Positions 50,137 to 64,000 of a DNA stretch of 64,000 bases are shown piece by piece; position 1 is the first letter of the stretch, and each line of letters opens with the position of its first letter. This DNA is from Channa argus (lineage: Eukaryota), in the NCBI RefSeq assembly GCF_033026475.1, contig NC_090211.1, positions 3,977,726 to 4,041,725 of the forward strand, given 5' to 3'. The translations under genes and the position numbers were made by a program. The notes below the pieces were generated by a model that searched no databases, was not told where the DNA came from, and saw nothing but the letters and a program-made list of their open reading frames with translations.

Positions 50137-51553
50137 AGGATTTAGAGTTCATCATAGTACAGAAACAGCACTGGTAAAAGTCACCAACGATCTTCTCATG
50201 GCCTCAGATAATGGACTCATCTCTATACTTGTCTGTTAGATCTTAGTGCTGCATTTGATACCATTGATCATAACATTTAATTACAGAGACTGGAACATGA
50301 AATTGGAATTAAAGGAACTGCACTAGGTTGGTTTAAATCTTATCTGTCTGATAGACTTTAATTTGTTCATGTTAACAAATAATCCTCCATGTGCACAAAG
50401 GGTAGCTATGGAGTTCCACAAGGCTCAGTGTTAGGACCAATACTTTTTACTTTATATATGTCTCCTTTAGGCAACATAATTAGAAATTTCCATTGCAATG
50501 CTAATGATACCCTACTATATTTATCAGTTAATCAAGCTTCAAGCATGATTACAAGACATAAAGGCCTAAAAGGCCATAAAGTCACAGTATTTGGTCCCAA
50601 AAATCTAAGAAATATGATGTCCAACCATATTGTTACTCTAGATGGCATAAATCTGGCCTCCAGTACTATTGCAAGGAACCTTGGAGTTATGTTTGATCAG
50701 AATTTGTCCTTTAACTCACAAATAAAACAAATCTCTAGAACAGCCTTCTTCCACCTACGGAACATTGGCAAAATTAGGAGCATCCTGTCTCAAAGTGATG
50801 CCGAAAAACTGGTCCATGCATTTGTTACCTCTAGGTTGGACTACTGTAATTCCCTACTTTCAGGATGCCCCAGTAGCTCCCTAAAGAGCCTGCAATTAAT
50901 CCAAAATGCTGCAGTGCTGACTGGAACTAGCAAGAGAGATCATATTTCACCTTCACTAGCTTCTCTCCATTGGCTTCCCATTAAACTTAGAATAGAAAGT
51001 AAAACCCTGCTTCTTACATATAAAGCTCTGAACGATCAGACTCCCTCATATATAGAAGATCTCATAGCACCATATCATCCCAGTAGACCACTTCGTTCTC
51101 AGAATGCAGACCTACTTGTGGTTCCCAGAATTTCCAAAGGTAGAATGGGAGGTAGAGCCTTTAGCTATCAAGCTCCTCTCCTGTGGAACCAGCTCCCAGT
51201 TCTGATTTTGGAAGCAGACACCCTCTCTACTTTTAAGTCTAGGCTCAAAACCTTCCTCTTTGATAAAGCTTATACTTAGTTATAGTTATGCTGCTATAGG
51301 CTTAGACTGCTGGGGGACCACCCTCCTCCTCTTGTCCCTCTCTCCTCTCTTCTCACCCCACAATTGTCACTACTGTATGACAGGTTTCTTCTATTAAAGG
51401 GAGTTTTTCCTCTCCACTGTTGCCTAGGGCTTGCTCAAGGGGGGATTGTTGGGTTCTCTCTATACATCTTTATAGTCTTGACTTTATTCTGTAAAGTGCC
51501 TTGAGATGACTTTGTTGTGTTTAGTCACTATATAAATAAAGTTGAATTGAATT
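50137..51553 (+). mobile_element. L2-like LINE copy B, 5'-truncated, with RT and ORF2 C-terminus plus tail
   Basis: Plus ORF 50389..51279 ([26 protein letters not shown]...[41 protein letters not shown]...[13 protein letters not shown]...) is about 90% identical to copy A. Upstream, the frame encodes [47 protein letters not shown]. The tail ends in gttgaattgaatt at 51541-51553. Confidence 0.85.
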
Positions 51554-51864
51554 TTGCTGCTTTAATGCAATACTATCAGGAGCATTACAAGCATGTGAGT
51601 GATGCAGTCACTGAAGTAAAAATACAGGGCAGCACATAGTCAACCTAACACATGTAAAGACAATTTACTGTCTCCAACACCATAAATCTGAGGTTGCAAA
51701 AAATTTAATTATAACTACAATTTTGAATTACTTTATTTTAGAATTTTCATTTCAATTTCATTTCAAGTTACTTTTTACTAAACTACACCTGACAATAAAC
51801 ATATTCATTTTATTCTCTGTGGTGTCGACGAATAACATCCTTTCTGGATATAACAATAATTTTA

Positions 51865-52176
<312 letters not shown>

Positions 52177-52839
52177 TCAGTAAAAAACACCAGGTTTCAA
52201 TTCTGATAAAAATAAAATTATTTTCCAGTTACATTTTTTATTGATCTGGTGAAAAATACTGAAAAGTCGTAGTTAAAGGAAACACTGAATTTTACCTGAT
52301 GAGTCTGTACTGAAATGATGCATAGTCAAAATGATAAAAATTTTGAAAGCTACATTGTGTTTTGACCTGAGTGGTAATCAACCTACTGTGTAATCTATAG
52401 GCTATTGCTTTATAAATGACTATGGCCTTTTTAATGTGTAGGGAGGTGGAGGCTGAAAGTCTCAAGAAATTTGACAGTATTATAATTTGAAGCTGCCTGG
52501 ACAGTATAATTGGATAAAGTTAAATAAACATCTGTAGCTTTTTATCACTGTTAGCTCTAACATGCCGGAGACAGTCAATGTTGAAACTGAAAATATGAAA
52601 GTAACATCTGGACCTGATGAAGAACTGATTCAGACGTTGTCGTTCATTCACGCAAGTTCACATTTAAACGAGAATGCGATGCATTTGCTCGCGAGGTAAC
52701 GTCAGAGGACATAGACTGAAAATAAGATAATAAAGTATAGTAAATTAACAAACAGTGCAAACATATTCGATGAGCTGGTGATGAGGCGCAATATTGAGCC
52801 CCAAAATTTCACCATCAGTATTGCATTATTATTTTATCT

Positions 52840-52990
52840 CGGAATTACAATACGGATCTCCTAATTCTGAGATCGAGAAAAAAATTTGTAATTATAAGAC
52901 AGGTATCTCATAATTATGAGACACGAGATCCTTATCTTGAAATTATAAGATCTTTATCTTCTATTTACAACATACGGATTTCATAATTAT
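52840..52990. repeat. Cluster of about 5 imperfect ~27-bp tandem units built around the palindrome tcataattatga (atctcRtaattatRaga)
   Basis: Direct reading: ...atctcggaattacaatacggatctcctaattctgagatcgag...aggtatctcataattatgagacacgagatccttatcttgaaattataagatctttatcttc...ggatttcataattataatt. Confidence 0.45.
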
Positions 52991-55900
52991 AATTAAATCT
53001 TGCATTATAGCCAATTTATTGGCATTTTGGGGAAAAAGTAAACCAACTCAGTTGTCTAAACTTTCTGAAGTATTAAAACCGTCACTGAATTACTGTGATA
53101 CTGGCACAGAAACTACCTTCAACAGCATTCTGGTTTATCCATATAGCTTTGAGCAAACTGTAGATGGGCAACGATGTTGTTTTTCGGGACTAGTGGCTTC
53201 CTTCTTGAAATTCTGCCATCTCCATTTGAGCTATGACACACTTCTACAAACCTGTGTTGTTCAGATCCAACTTCATAGTTTAGACTCTGATTTGTATTCT
53301 TTAAGTAAGGTATGGTCTTCCAGACTCACACTTTTTCCTCACAAAAATATTTGTGTATTTGTTGTGTGCAAGAAGCAGATAGAACAACATTTGCTTTGCA
53401 ATTTCTACCAGTGACTCAGGCTTTTTCCTTGTGACCTGATATTATACTTTCATCAGCAGCTGCAGGCAGTGAAGGAAATCCCTTTCTTCCTGCTGTGCAC
53501 AACCTCTCAGCAACAACGATAAAGGTCATTGATGTGACGAATGATCAAATGACAGAAGCTGCCAGTTATCAAGCCAAATGTTAGATTCTGTTCAGGATGT
53601 CAGATCAAAGGAACTTGCAGAGCCCCAATAGACTTCTCTACACACACTGTACCACTGTAGTGGCTCTAAGTAGTTAATGATATGACTTAACTGTCCTCAA
53701 TGGGCCTTTTGCTGGATGTGGTCTGTGAAGCCTTTAAATTCAGTATACTAGTTGTTCATTAGGCCACAGGAGTTTGATAAAAGAGCTGTAAGGAACCAGT
53801 AATTTTGTCCAGTAATTTTGTCCTTGTACTTCTGTGAAAGGAGCTCATTGGAATTGTGACATTTCAGGGTTGTGAATGAGTTTATCTTCCTTTGTTTTTA
53901 AAGATGAGGATTTCTTTTTGTAGAAAGAAAGTAAGTAAGAATCTTTCTTTAAAATGAGCGTGAGTATCTTTTGGCATGATTTGGGGATTTTTGGAAATGA
54001 GGGTATTTCTAAGTGGACATTTTTAAAAAGAGAGGAAAGTAAGGACGTAGAAAACTTTATCGAAAGTTAGAACGTGTGAAAAGTGAGGCAATTTAGGGGG
54101 GGTATTATGGAGAAGTGGGGAGATTTATGGAATGCTGTTTTCATAAAGCTTTATAAGCATTTTTATAAAGTTCAATGTCAGAAATGTCAAAAACTTATCT
54201 ACCATTTTTAACTCAAAATAGTCAGAAATAATAAAAAGCTCAGTAGAAGTAAAAACCCATCTTTTGCAGAGATAATCTGCCTGTTTGCAAAATTTTATTG
54301 GGACAAATATATGAAACCACTCTAACTGTAAAAAATAATAATATTTAATCTATTTGTAATGATAATGATTTATTTCAGCTTCAGATTTGCTCAGTTCTCT
54401 GTGTGCTGATAGTTTTTTACATGTGGGGGGTGGGAATGTCACCCTAGGTCACCTCTCTGGCTCCGCCCCTGCCTTTATGGAAAGTAGTACATTCATGGAA
54501 AGAGAGGACAGTTACAGGAACCGTCAACATTTATGGAAAGCAAGGACAGTTATGAGAAGGGAAAACATTTTATAAAGTGAAAAGATTTGTTTAGAATTAC
54601 GTTAGTTAGGTTTCGTGGAAGCTAACACTAGTGTGAGGACTCTCACACTATGTGTATTAGCTGTGCCTGATGTTGAACTTATTTAAAAGTTTAAACACTT
54701 AAATAACAAAACAAACAGAATATGCATCCTTGACACAGCACAGCTGAAAAAATAAATCCTTTACTGCCTTTCAAAAAACCAAACAAACTGAAGAGGAATC
54801 ATCTTAATTCTGTTTGCCGAGCAAGTGTAGAGCCAGAGAGAGTGCAGCACTAGAGACAGACGTGTTGAAATACCGTCAAGAGTTGAAGCAGCATAATAAA
54901 TGTGGAGGTAAACAATGGTTGAGAGACAGGGGACATAAACAGAATGGAGCAACAGTTTGAGGTGAGAGTGCTACTAAATGCTGGGTAGAAGTGTAATGAA
55001 TATGTAAAAATCACAATAAACAATCATAATGCCTGAAGCAAAATATTGGCTGATAGCTTGTGGGTGTATGTTGAAGACGACTTCTAGGATTTGTGTTGGT
55101 ATTCGAACTGCATCACATACAGATATGCTGCCATTTTTTATTTTTTTTTACGTTTGTTTTTAAAGCTAAAGCAGTACATGGACTTGGACGAGGTTGGACC
55201 TGGACTTCCAGACCTACTGACCAGTTATTGCTTTTCACTCCACACATTCATTCTGCCTAACCCAAGCCACTGTATGTCTTTACTCATTTAAAGTCCTTAG
55301 AAAGACATTACAGACCAAACTCTGTACATTAGTTTTCACTTTTCGCTGTACAATGCTCTTTTTCAATTGATTTGACCTGAAAGGGCGGTAATTGGTTTGC
55401 AATCTGAAATCTTCTATCCAGCCATAATGTATGCTCACACCCTTCCAGGAAGCCTTACTGTAACCTTGAGCATATTCTAACCCTAACCCTAAAACCCTCA
55501 AACACCCCTTTAATGGAACAAGGACCACAGAAAATGTCACTTTTAAAGTCTAAAATTGGTCTTCACAAGATTGAAGCGTAATCCCTCCCCCCACTCAGGG
55601 CCCTGGGGATAAACCATAAAATGTATTTATCATTCTGAAGAGGAGTGAAAAAGCCAGTTTTGGCATAAGGGTCTGAGGGAGCAGTGAAGCATGTCACAGG
55701 GTAAAACTGTGTCATACATTTACATCATATTCTATTAGTATTAACTTTGATAAACGAGTATTGAAAGGAGACTTACTTCCTGTGTGTATTAACGTTTGTG
55801 TTCGACCAAGGAAAATGGTATGTTCTTTCATACAAATCCAGTCATTTATACATCAATTATGATCAACCAGGGAGATCTGTGCAATGTTTCTGTGTTTTCT

Positions 55901-57164
55901 GCAAAAAAGAGAACACGATGACCATGTTCCGATGCAACGCAACGTTTAAATGAATGTAGTGCTACATTTATGCATAGAAAGTGAGATGCAAGTAGGGTGA
56001 CAGTCTTATAGTGTGTGGGGCTGTCATGCTACATGAACCATATGTGATTACAATGAGGTAACCTTTGGTTATGCTTATGGAAAGATTTTGATTTTGTTAA
56101 CAAAGCAATCAGAAATGTGAGTGTATTGACAGTTAAGCCAGTCCACATCTTTCCCTAACCTTAATAAAGTGCTGTGAAAGTCTAAACACATCAATAAAAC
56201 TTTTAATAACGCTGTAGATAGCGTTACTAAAAGTTTTAGTACAAAGATGGATATTTGGTCTGGGAATATTTATATCCTCATTATAATCCATTATTGTTCC
56301 CTGTAAAAATGTATTTGCATTTTATTTGTAAAGGTATCTGGCAAACTGCACTACAAAATATGTAGCCAGTCTTTCTGACTTCTCCAAACTATTTAGCTGT
56401 GTAATATAGGGCTGCATGCAAATATTGTTTAAGTCATTAACATGGAGATTTTTTGAACTAATCAAGTCATGATTTTAAAAAATAATAGATGGTTATAAAT
56501 AGTTGTTTCTACTCTCCTAATGATGAAGTTGGCATTGTCATGATCTTGTATTGTCAACTACAAAACCCAAAATACAGTATACAAATATTGTAAAGCATCA
56601 AATCCTTACTTATAAAATCACAACCAGCAAATTCAGGAAAGAGCAAATTTATTTGATTATCAAAATAGTTGGCAGTTAAGTTTTGTCAATTAATTAACTA
56701 ATTGTTAATAAGCTCTAGTGTAGTATACTCAACAATGCACTACTTGTAGAACTCAGGTATGTTTTGAAAATACTTTGGCGTATAATAAGAGAAGTTGTTG
56801 AGAAGTTTCTATAAAATTGTACAATATTTAGCAGCTTGTATTTTTATATCCTCCATTTGGACAAAATACAACGGACCAATGACACACAAATTGCCTCTTG
56901 GCAACATCAGACCTTATATTATTTATAGTAAAATCGAAGATGCATGAATCCAAACACAAAACCCTCTTTGTAAAGAAAAAAACATTTTACGTCTTTTTCA
57001 AGAAACTGACATTGAAATTATTTACATGCGGAGAATCCGTTTAAGGAGCAGCCCTGAGAAGTCAGTATCTGTTTTCAAAACATTTACGCTTCAGGAGAAA
57101 TTGTTACTAATGAAAATTCTTCTCAGAGATTTTGTGTCTTTTAATAAATTAAGCTTGTTGGCCA

Positions 57165-57188
57165 ACACACACACACACACACACACAC
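57165..57188. repeat. (AC)12 microsatellite
   Basis: Direct reading: acacacacacacacacacacacac. Confidence 0.85.
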
Positions 57189-57759
57189 TTTCCTTTTTGG
57201 GTTTTCCTTCGAGGTTTATTCACAATCGCATGCTGACTTTGCTACAGTACATGTTTACTTGAGATTAAATGCTTGCTCCTGAGTTGTGTAATTAAAGGCT
57301 TTCTGGTCTGTTATTTCACACTCCTTTTGATTATGGATACCCCTCATCTGGATGCACCCCCCTCTGTCTTTTCAATGGCTGAAAGCAATAAAGGGTGGAA
57401 AATACACTGATATGTAGCAAGCTTGTTTCAGGCTACAGCAGACCAGATAAAAAGAGCTAATTTTTCCATATGACACTTCTGATTATGTTGTACTTCAGTC
57501 CCACACTGATGTATGTGCTGTGGGTGTATGCATGCTAAACAGGAAGTAGAACATGAAGATTCATGTTCTGGTCTTAAATTCAGTGTAAACTCATTGCCGT
57601 TCATATGAGGTTTGTGCTCTGACACAAAGTAATTAATTAAAGATGAAAACCGAGCTTCATATCTGAATGTCAAGATGTCCCTGTGCTTGATTAATGGCTC
57701 TAAGTGTAATCAGTCTGAAATGAGATCCAATGAAATTAGGCATGAGTTTTTTCCAGTCA

Positions 57760-57909
<150 letters not shown>

Positions 57910-58177
57910 CTAAATACCAAATTTAATTATTCATTTTGTTTCAGCTTATATGGTAAATGATTTTTGATCCATTTCACTTTGCTCCATTTTTTTGTTAGAG
58001 AACACCCACCACCAAAAACATTTAGTTTAAGATAATCCAGGTTTAAGATTTCTATATTTTAACATTAACTCTGCCTATTTGGGTTTATAGACAGAAAATT
58101 AGTTATAAAGATTGTAATTTCATTGTGAGCAGCAGATTAATTTTTCCATTCAATAGTAGTTATTTTGAGATTTGTTA

Positions 58178-58510
<333 letters not shown>

Positions 58511-59849
58511 TCAAATGATCCAGTTATGATTGTGACACCAGGTGATATGATACAGACTGATCAATTGCTAAATTCAGTAATTCTCTGATTCAAGTTTAAA
58601 AGTTCTCTATTGATTTACCATTATTACATTGTGACTCTTGACATTTTCTAGCCACATAGATTTTTAGATCTTCACTGAGATAAACACGATGTGTTTGTTG
58701 TGATTTAGAGGTATCAGATAGCCGGATAGATTTTTCTTTTTCACAAAATCCCCCAAAAATCTAATTATCTCTGCAAAATCTTTTGCCCTCATAAACAGAC
58801 CACAAATCTTCATAACAATATCTTTTGACCCTAAGTCTAAATGCTTACTTTTTGGTATTAGCAAGGAAAAATAACCATTTCTTTTGCATTGAAATCTAAT
58901 CTTCATCTGATAGACAAAAAACTCAAAAAAATGGTTCAGCTCAGCCTCAGCTTCATCCCGTAATATATATAGTAATATTTGAGTACCTCCGTCCTTCAAC
59001 AGGTAACACAGTTACATTATTTCACATTATCTACAAATATAAGAATCTAAGAAAAACATCAGTATCCATCCAACAATTGTGTTTTTCTAGTGATTAATAT
59101 GCATTACAGCCTCACACATGCTGCAGATTCTTGCTCGTTTCCATCTGTCGTCCCTTTTCACACAGCAGCATTCACTGCTGGAACATAAATCTTGCTGCCA
59201 GATAGTCATCATGCAAATCTTCAGTAAAACGACTTCCACTAATTCACATGTTCAGTATGAGCAGCACTTACTGTACTTTCCTTTGTTTGCAGTTAAGGTG
59301 TTAACACTCTAAGCTTATCTTCCTCCCCACAGAAAAGGACCTTCACAACAGGCAGCGCTGAATTAATTCACCTATTTATGTCTGAAACTGTTTGCTTCTC
59401 TAAAGCAGAAACCAGTCAATGCCAGGAGGGAAATTGTTGGCATTCAAGTAGGCACTCAAATAAAAAAAACAGTGGGGGATATAAAGAAGAAGCTCAGTGA
59501 CAGCAGGTGCTCAGATTATCTCCCATTGCTGAGATAATGAAGCAGTTTAAACCTGACTTCTGTTTCTATTGTGTACTTTTCTCTAATGTTGGTTCTCTTT
59601 CTGATACTGTTGTGCATAGAATTCTGGTCTAATATCATGCTTTTTGCCGTGTAAGAGCGGCAGGATGCACAGAGATGTGTGAGTCTGATCAGGTTTGTAT
59701 CACGACAGTCTTAGTGGCAGTTGGGTTACTCATCATCATCATTATTTTCCCCATCTTATCCAAAGGTGGCCTACATATCCTTCTCCCAAGCCATTATCTC
59801 CATCTTACAGCTAGAAGGTTGTTGGTACGCGTCTCCAGCTGACCGTGTC

Positions 59850-60600
59850 CTTTCAGTGTGAAGTTTGCATGTTCTCTCCATGGTTCCCATGCCGACCCTC
59901 GGTTTCCTTTCACAGTCCAAAGACATGCATGCACGTTAAGCTATTTGGTGACACCCCTCATGATCCTGAACTGAATAAGCGGTTACCCAAAGAGAGCAAT
60001 CCAGTGTATACCCACAGAGAAAAAATTGCCTCTCTTTCCCAGGCATCTCATCCACAAACCGAACCCAATGCATTCTAAAGGTCCCATTTGGTGAAGCGAA
60101 CAGAACCCCATCATCTGTAAAAAGCAGAGAAGCTTTCTTGAAGTCCTCAAACTGGACACCCTCCTTTCCCCGGCTGTGCCTGGAGATCTTTTCCATAATA
60201 ATCACAAACAATATCTGTGACAAGGGACAACGATGGAGTTTAACCCCAGCTGAGAAGTTTGAGAGAGGTTTAACTTTGCTGAGGATGCGGAAACTCTAGT
60301 TACACAGACTGGATGGCCTATTCCAATGGCCCCAGCATCCCATAGTCCCGTAGTAGCTTCCACATCTCGAGGGACACAGTCATAAGCCTTCTCGAAATTT
60401 ACCAAACACTTGTGGACTGGCCCCTCCAGTAGTACTTTAAGGGTAAAAAGTTTGTTCCACTGCCAGAGAGGAATGCACATTGTTCTTCCTGAATCCGAGG
60501 TTTGACATTCGCTCTGAGCCTCTCTTTTAGTACAATAATTTTCATCTTTCCAACAAGGGTTTCATTAGCCTTGTTTGTCACGATCAGGTCTTAGTCCCTG
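59850..60600 (-). mobile_element. Degenerate RT fragment of a second non-LTR retrotransposon family (CR1/L2/Rex-like)
   Basis: Minus ORFs carry EEQCAFLSGSGT (compare EEQCGFRPGRGT), NFEKAYDCVPRD (compare FEKAFDRVPR) and LLFTDDGVLFASP (the FADD box). They are in three different frames, so the element is frameshifted and dead. Confidence 0.6.
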
Positions 60601-62269
60601 ATTTCAGCAGTTTTAGACTAGAGAATACTTGGTGCTACTCTAAAAACATTTCTCCTGGCCTGGCTGTCAAATACAAAGAACTGGTGTGCAAGCACTGCCT
60701 CTGAACTACCCCTCAAACAGGGAATAATGATCACTGGGAGAATTCCACCACTGAATACAGATTAAATCTGCTCACATTTCATATTAATCAATGAGAATGC
60801 CATTTTCTTTATTCCCTCTCTACCAAGTATAGAAATACAGAGGCTGCACTGGAAGATATTAAGAAAATCCCTAATACTATTTCAGTGCAATTTCAGATTT
60901 ACCGAGTTACTCAGACCTGTGACACTTAAGTCAGCGACACAGAAATGTACTTTTGATTTGTGCGGTGAACTGAACAAAAACACCGACTTTTATTCCATCT
61001 GAGTGTGGCTGAACTCGGTGCTTAGTACATCAGATGGTTTCTGTGGAATCCATTACATTGCCTTTTTCACTGACGTACAAACCAGAAAAACAAGATAACG
61101 ATGGTCATTTTCTACATCAGTCATATTGTCAAAAATTGCCCATATGGCCATTAAAACAACATTTAATTTACAGTTTAATAGGTTTAATTTAAACCTATTA
61201 AAAACACCACTGGGTAACATAGTCCTTCATTACAAAAAAAAAAGAAAAGTTTAAAGTTTAAAGTTAGCCTTTGAATCTTGGATGGTTAGATAAAAAGTAA
61301 GAGTCTGGTGTGTTTGGTGTGAAGAGGAGGGGGTGAGATTTGGACAACAGTAATCACCTCGTGAGCCTCCTGTTGTGGCAAAGACTGGAACAAGCATACT
61401 TTGTACACCCTCTGTCTCAGTAACAGATTAGGCGTCTGGTGAATTGTCTCTCTGTCCTGTAGATATACAGTGCTGCAGCCTGTTGACTCTTTACAGTCCC
61501 CCAGTTGACCATTTCATTATTATTTTTGACAGCTTAGCTTGAAATATTATAGAAAGAACTGTAAATCTTGTGTCCTTATGTCATCTTTTGCTGTCCTTTT
61601 CTGGAGGAGGTGTGTCTAACAGAAAAAAACCTTAATTAGAAGCCAGTGGGTGCACAATCCTTCTGGAAATAAAACCACTCTATAGAAACTGCTATGCTAC
61701 CCATAAGTTTAATAGGTCAAAAGTAAAAGAGAGAAATCAACTACAATAACCAAGGTGCATGAAAACTTAACAAAGACTAGAACTCTGTTGTAAATGCCAC
61801 AAAGAACAGGCAGAAGCCAAATACTTCATTGACAGCTTAAATCATTATAAGCGAAACGTCAACTTTAAACAGCTTGAAAGCTTCTCATCGTCATGCTATA
61901 AGCAGCACCATGAGCAGTAAGCTGGTTTGAAGGATGGTAGTGCCTGCTATGATTTTGGTGAGATGTAAGGTGATAAGAAACTAATCATGTGCTGGTATTG
62001 CTAAGACTAATTCCCCAGCGAAAAACAAAAACTCAAATCTCTTGAAACACTAACTAAGACACCACGACAATATGAAGCTCAAGGAGATAAACCCCAACAA
62101 AAATACGACTGTAGAGCATGGTAGGCTTTCCATGGCTAAACAACTAAAACTGGATTTTAATCATCAACAGCAGGCTACATAAAGCACATGTGATGAATGA
62201 ATTGTAGCCCATTTCCACAATTGACTACGTTTTTTCAAATCCTAACCCTTTTAAAAAGTAACATTGTCA

Positions 62270-63330
62270 GGATCACCAGCTTCAGTTCCCCCTTCAAGAC
62301 TTTTATTTTGCAGCCACTTCCTGTTCCTGGTCCCATCACATTGTTCTCCGCTTTACTAATCACCAGCAATTAGTTTCACCTGCTCTCACCCCTCTGTTTA
62401 TATACCTCCTCAGTTCCCTCACCAAGCTGCCAGATCGTCTGCTTTCTTGCCGCAGATTTCCAGCGTTCATCTAAATCATCTTTGCTATTTACGGTTCGGA
62501 CCAAGCTACGTTTTTGACCTGACTCTGCTGCTACTTTGTGAGTAACCGCTTCCTATTGACTCTCTGTTGCCAGCCTAATGAATGACCATGATTATGAGCA
62601 CTGTTATCTGCCCGTGAGGGTTCAAGTTTTCACAAGCCCTTGTAACCATGTGATTATAAGATTTACCACGTCATGTCTACGTTTTGATCATGCCATGTTA
62701 CGTTATTACCAAGTTATGTGATTATCTACTACTAAGACGGAACTCAGACTAGTATTCATTATGTGTTCAAGGTACCTCTATCAAGGAGTCCACAAAGTAA
62801 ACATCCACTGTAAGAATCCTATTGTTAAGAACCATGTTTGTGTCACGTAAGATTTATGGAATCAAGAACTATGAGACAGTTGCAATAGGGCACTGAATTA
62901 CTAGAGGGATTTTGGACTTCTCTTTACTATCAGGGATTGGAGATTCACCACGGCTACGTTCCACATGCTCACTACCAGGCTTGCTCGGTGTTATGGATCC
63001 AGACCACTACATCTTCCCCAGCGGTCCCTCCTCCCACCATTCCCCTACCCTATCTTCAAGTTACTCAACCCGCCGCATCTCAAGATTCGTCTACTCTACC
63101 AGGACCATACTTCACTCTTCCCCATAAGAACTTTGCTTCTCCTCTAGACTCTGCTTCCATCTTCCCACTGACTCTAGTAAGTTTTGTTATAGCCCACAAG
63201 TCACTGTCAAGATACTCGTCATCTTGTCCTCTCTCCTACACTGGAGTTCAACACCATCTAGTGAGTTGGAGGACTTGCTACATCTCCATCCTGTTTTGCC
63301 AACTATTATATTTTATATTAAACCTTCTTT
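62270..63330. repeat. Unclassified interspersed repeat, copy 2. It is longer, with Pro/Ser/Thr-rich low-complexity ORFs, and may be an LTR/leader-like region of an unknown retroelement
   Basis: Homology to 25040-25300 as above. The ORFs 62912..63338 are low-complexity and CT-rich, so I do not call them genes. Confidence 0.3.
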
Positions 63331-64000
63331 TAAACTGAGTAGTGGTGTCAAGACCCTTATTGGGTCCAACCCTAAAACTAGCACCTAACAAATATAATGA
63401 GTAATGCACAAGTTATGTTTGATAGATAGTAATAAGTAAAATAACATACCTTTGAACAGAGTAACGAGGAATTCAAAATATGTTTCATTTGTTTAAGTAA
63501 CAAGGGCAACACTGGAACTAACTTACTTACAAAAACTGGTTGCCAAAATGTAAATCAAAGTTTAAAAAGTAGAAAATAGGTTCCAAACTTAACATCGAAA
63601 CCCAGAGCACTTGAGAAATGTGTAGTTTGAGCTGTGATCACCCATGATATATGCCACTTCGAAATCTTTGCTGTGAAAGTGTCAAAATGAACACAAGCGA
63701 CGAGACATCAGAAGCCACACTGGTTCACAGAGATGACATATCAGTGATTTTTGTGGGGATTAGTTATTCCTGGTAGACTGTGTCTGAATGACTGATGGAG
63801 CAGTTGTCCTCTATTTGGGACATGGAATCACCATGATAGATATATCCATAAGGAAAAGGCCAGTGATGGCCAGGCCTTGAGCTTTGATGCCAAGCTGAAC
63901 ACATCACTGAGATTTAATACAGATACAGGATGGATGATAGCCAAGATGAACTTAACCCAGAAAGAGCCTCAGCATGTAGTGGAGGATAGGCAAAGGGCAT

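Noticed and set aside
58664-58999. 111-aa minus ORF (MKDGGTQILLYILRDEAEAEL...) upstream of the first C2A exon, considered as the missing DOC2 N-terminal exon
   Set aside because: Only a weak LLY resemblance to the DOC2 TLEFDLLYDQ region. It is AT-rich, has no acceptor or donor in the right phase, and does not end in ...RAK before a GT.
62912-63338. Three overlapping plus-strand ORFs (60 to 133 aa), Pro/Ser/Thr-rich
   Set aside because: They are low-complexity translations of CT-rich repeat sequence, are not conserved-looking, and lie within an interspersed repeat copy.

Overview
This window is vertebrate nuclear DNA, almost certainly from a teleost fish, not a prokaryotic accessory region. 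It is AT-rich, intron-dominated and full of fish-type interspersed repeats. I found no operons, CRISPR arrays or defence-type systems.

Two protein-coding genes can be rebuilt from the sequence:
- On the + strand, a two-exon C2H2 zinc-finger gene (10657-10849 and 11922-12979). It has the characteristic teleost ZNF N-terminal domain and 4 to 5 fingers.
- On the - strand, the 3' two-thirds of a DOC2-family (double C2 domain) gene. By remembered motifs (MDVNG, ALRGISCY, EFFYEI.LS.L) it is closest to DOC2A. I mapped eight exons from 58486 down to the TAA stop at 24047-24049. Every junction has a canonical AG/GT and consistent phase. The exons encode C2A, the linker and C2B. The N-terminal exons were not found and probably lie beyond the 3' end of the window.

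The DOC2 introns are loaded with transposable elements:
- Tc1/mariner fragments at 6.7, 10.0, 15.3, 19.3 and 32.7-34.1 kb.
- An L2-like LINE family with a (GAATT)n 3' tail, present as two 5'-truncated copies (7.3-9.3 kb on -, 50.1-51.55 kb on +) plus an orphan tail at 34.5-34.7 kb.
- A tRNA-derived SINE at 30935-31183 with a perfect 18-bp target-site duplication.
- A second, CR1/L2-like RT fragment at 59.85-60.6 kb.

Other structure worth noting:
- A 1.5-1.6 kb segment is duplicated at 14.9-16.5 and 18.9-20.3 kb. The second copy is bracketed by a ~48-bp direct repeat.
- An unclassified repeat family has copies at 25.0-25.8 and 62.3-63.3 kb, the first carrying an internal minisatellite.
- Several microsatellites are present, including (TG)29 at 9667-9724.
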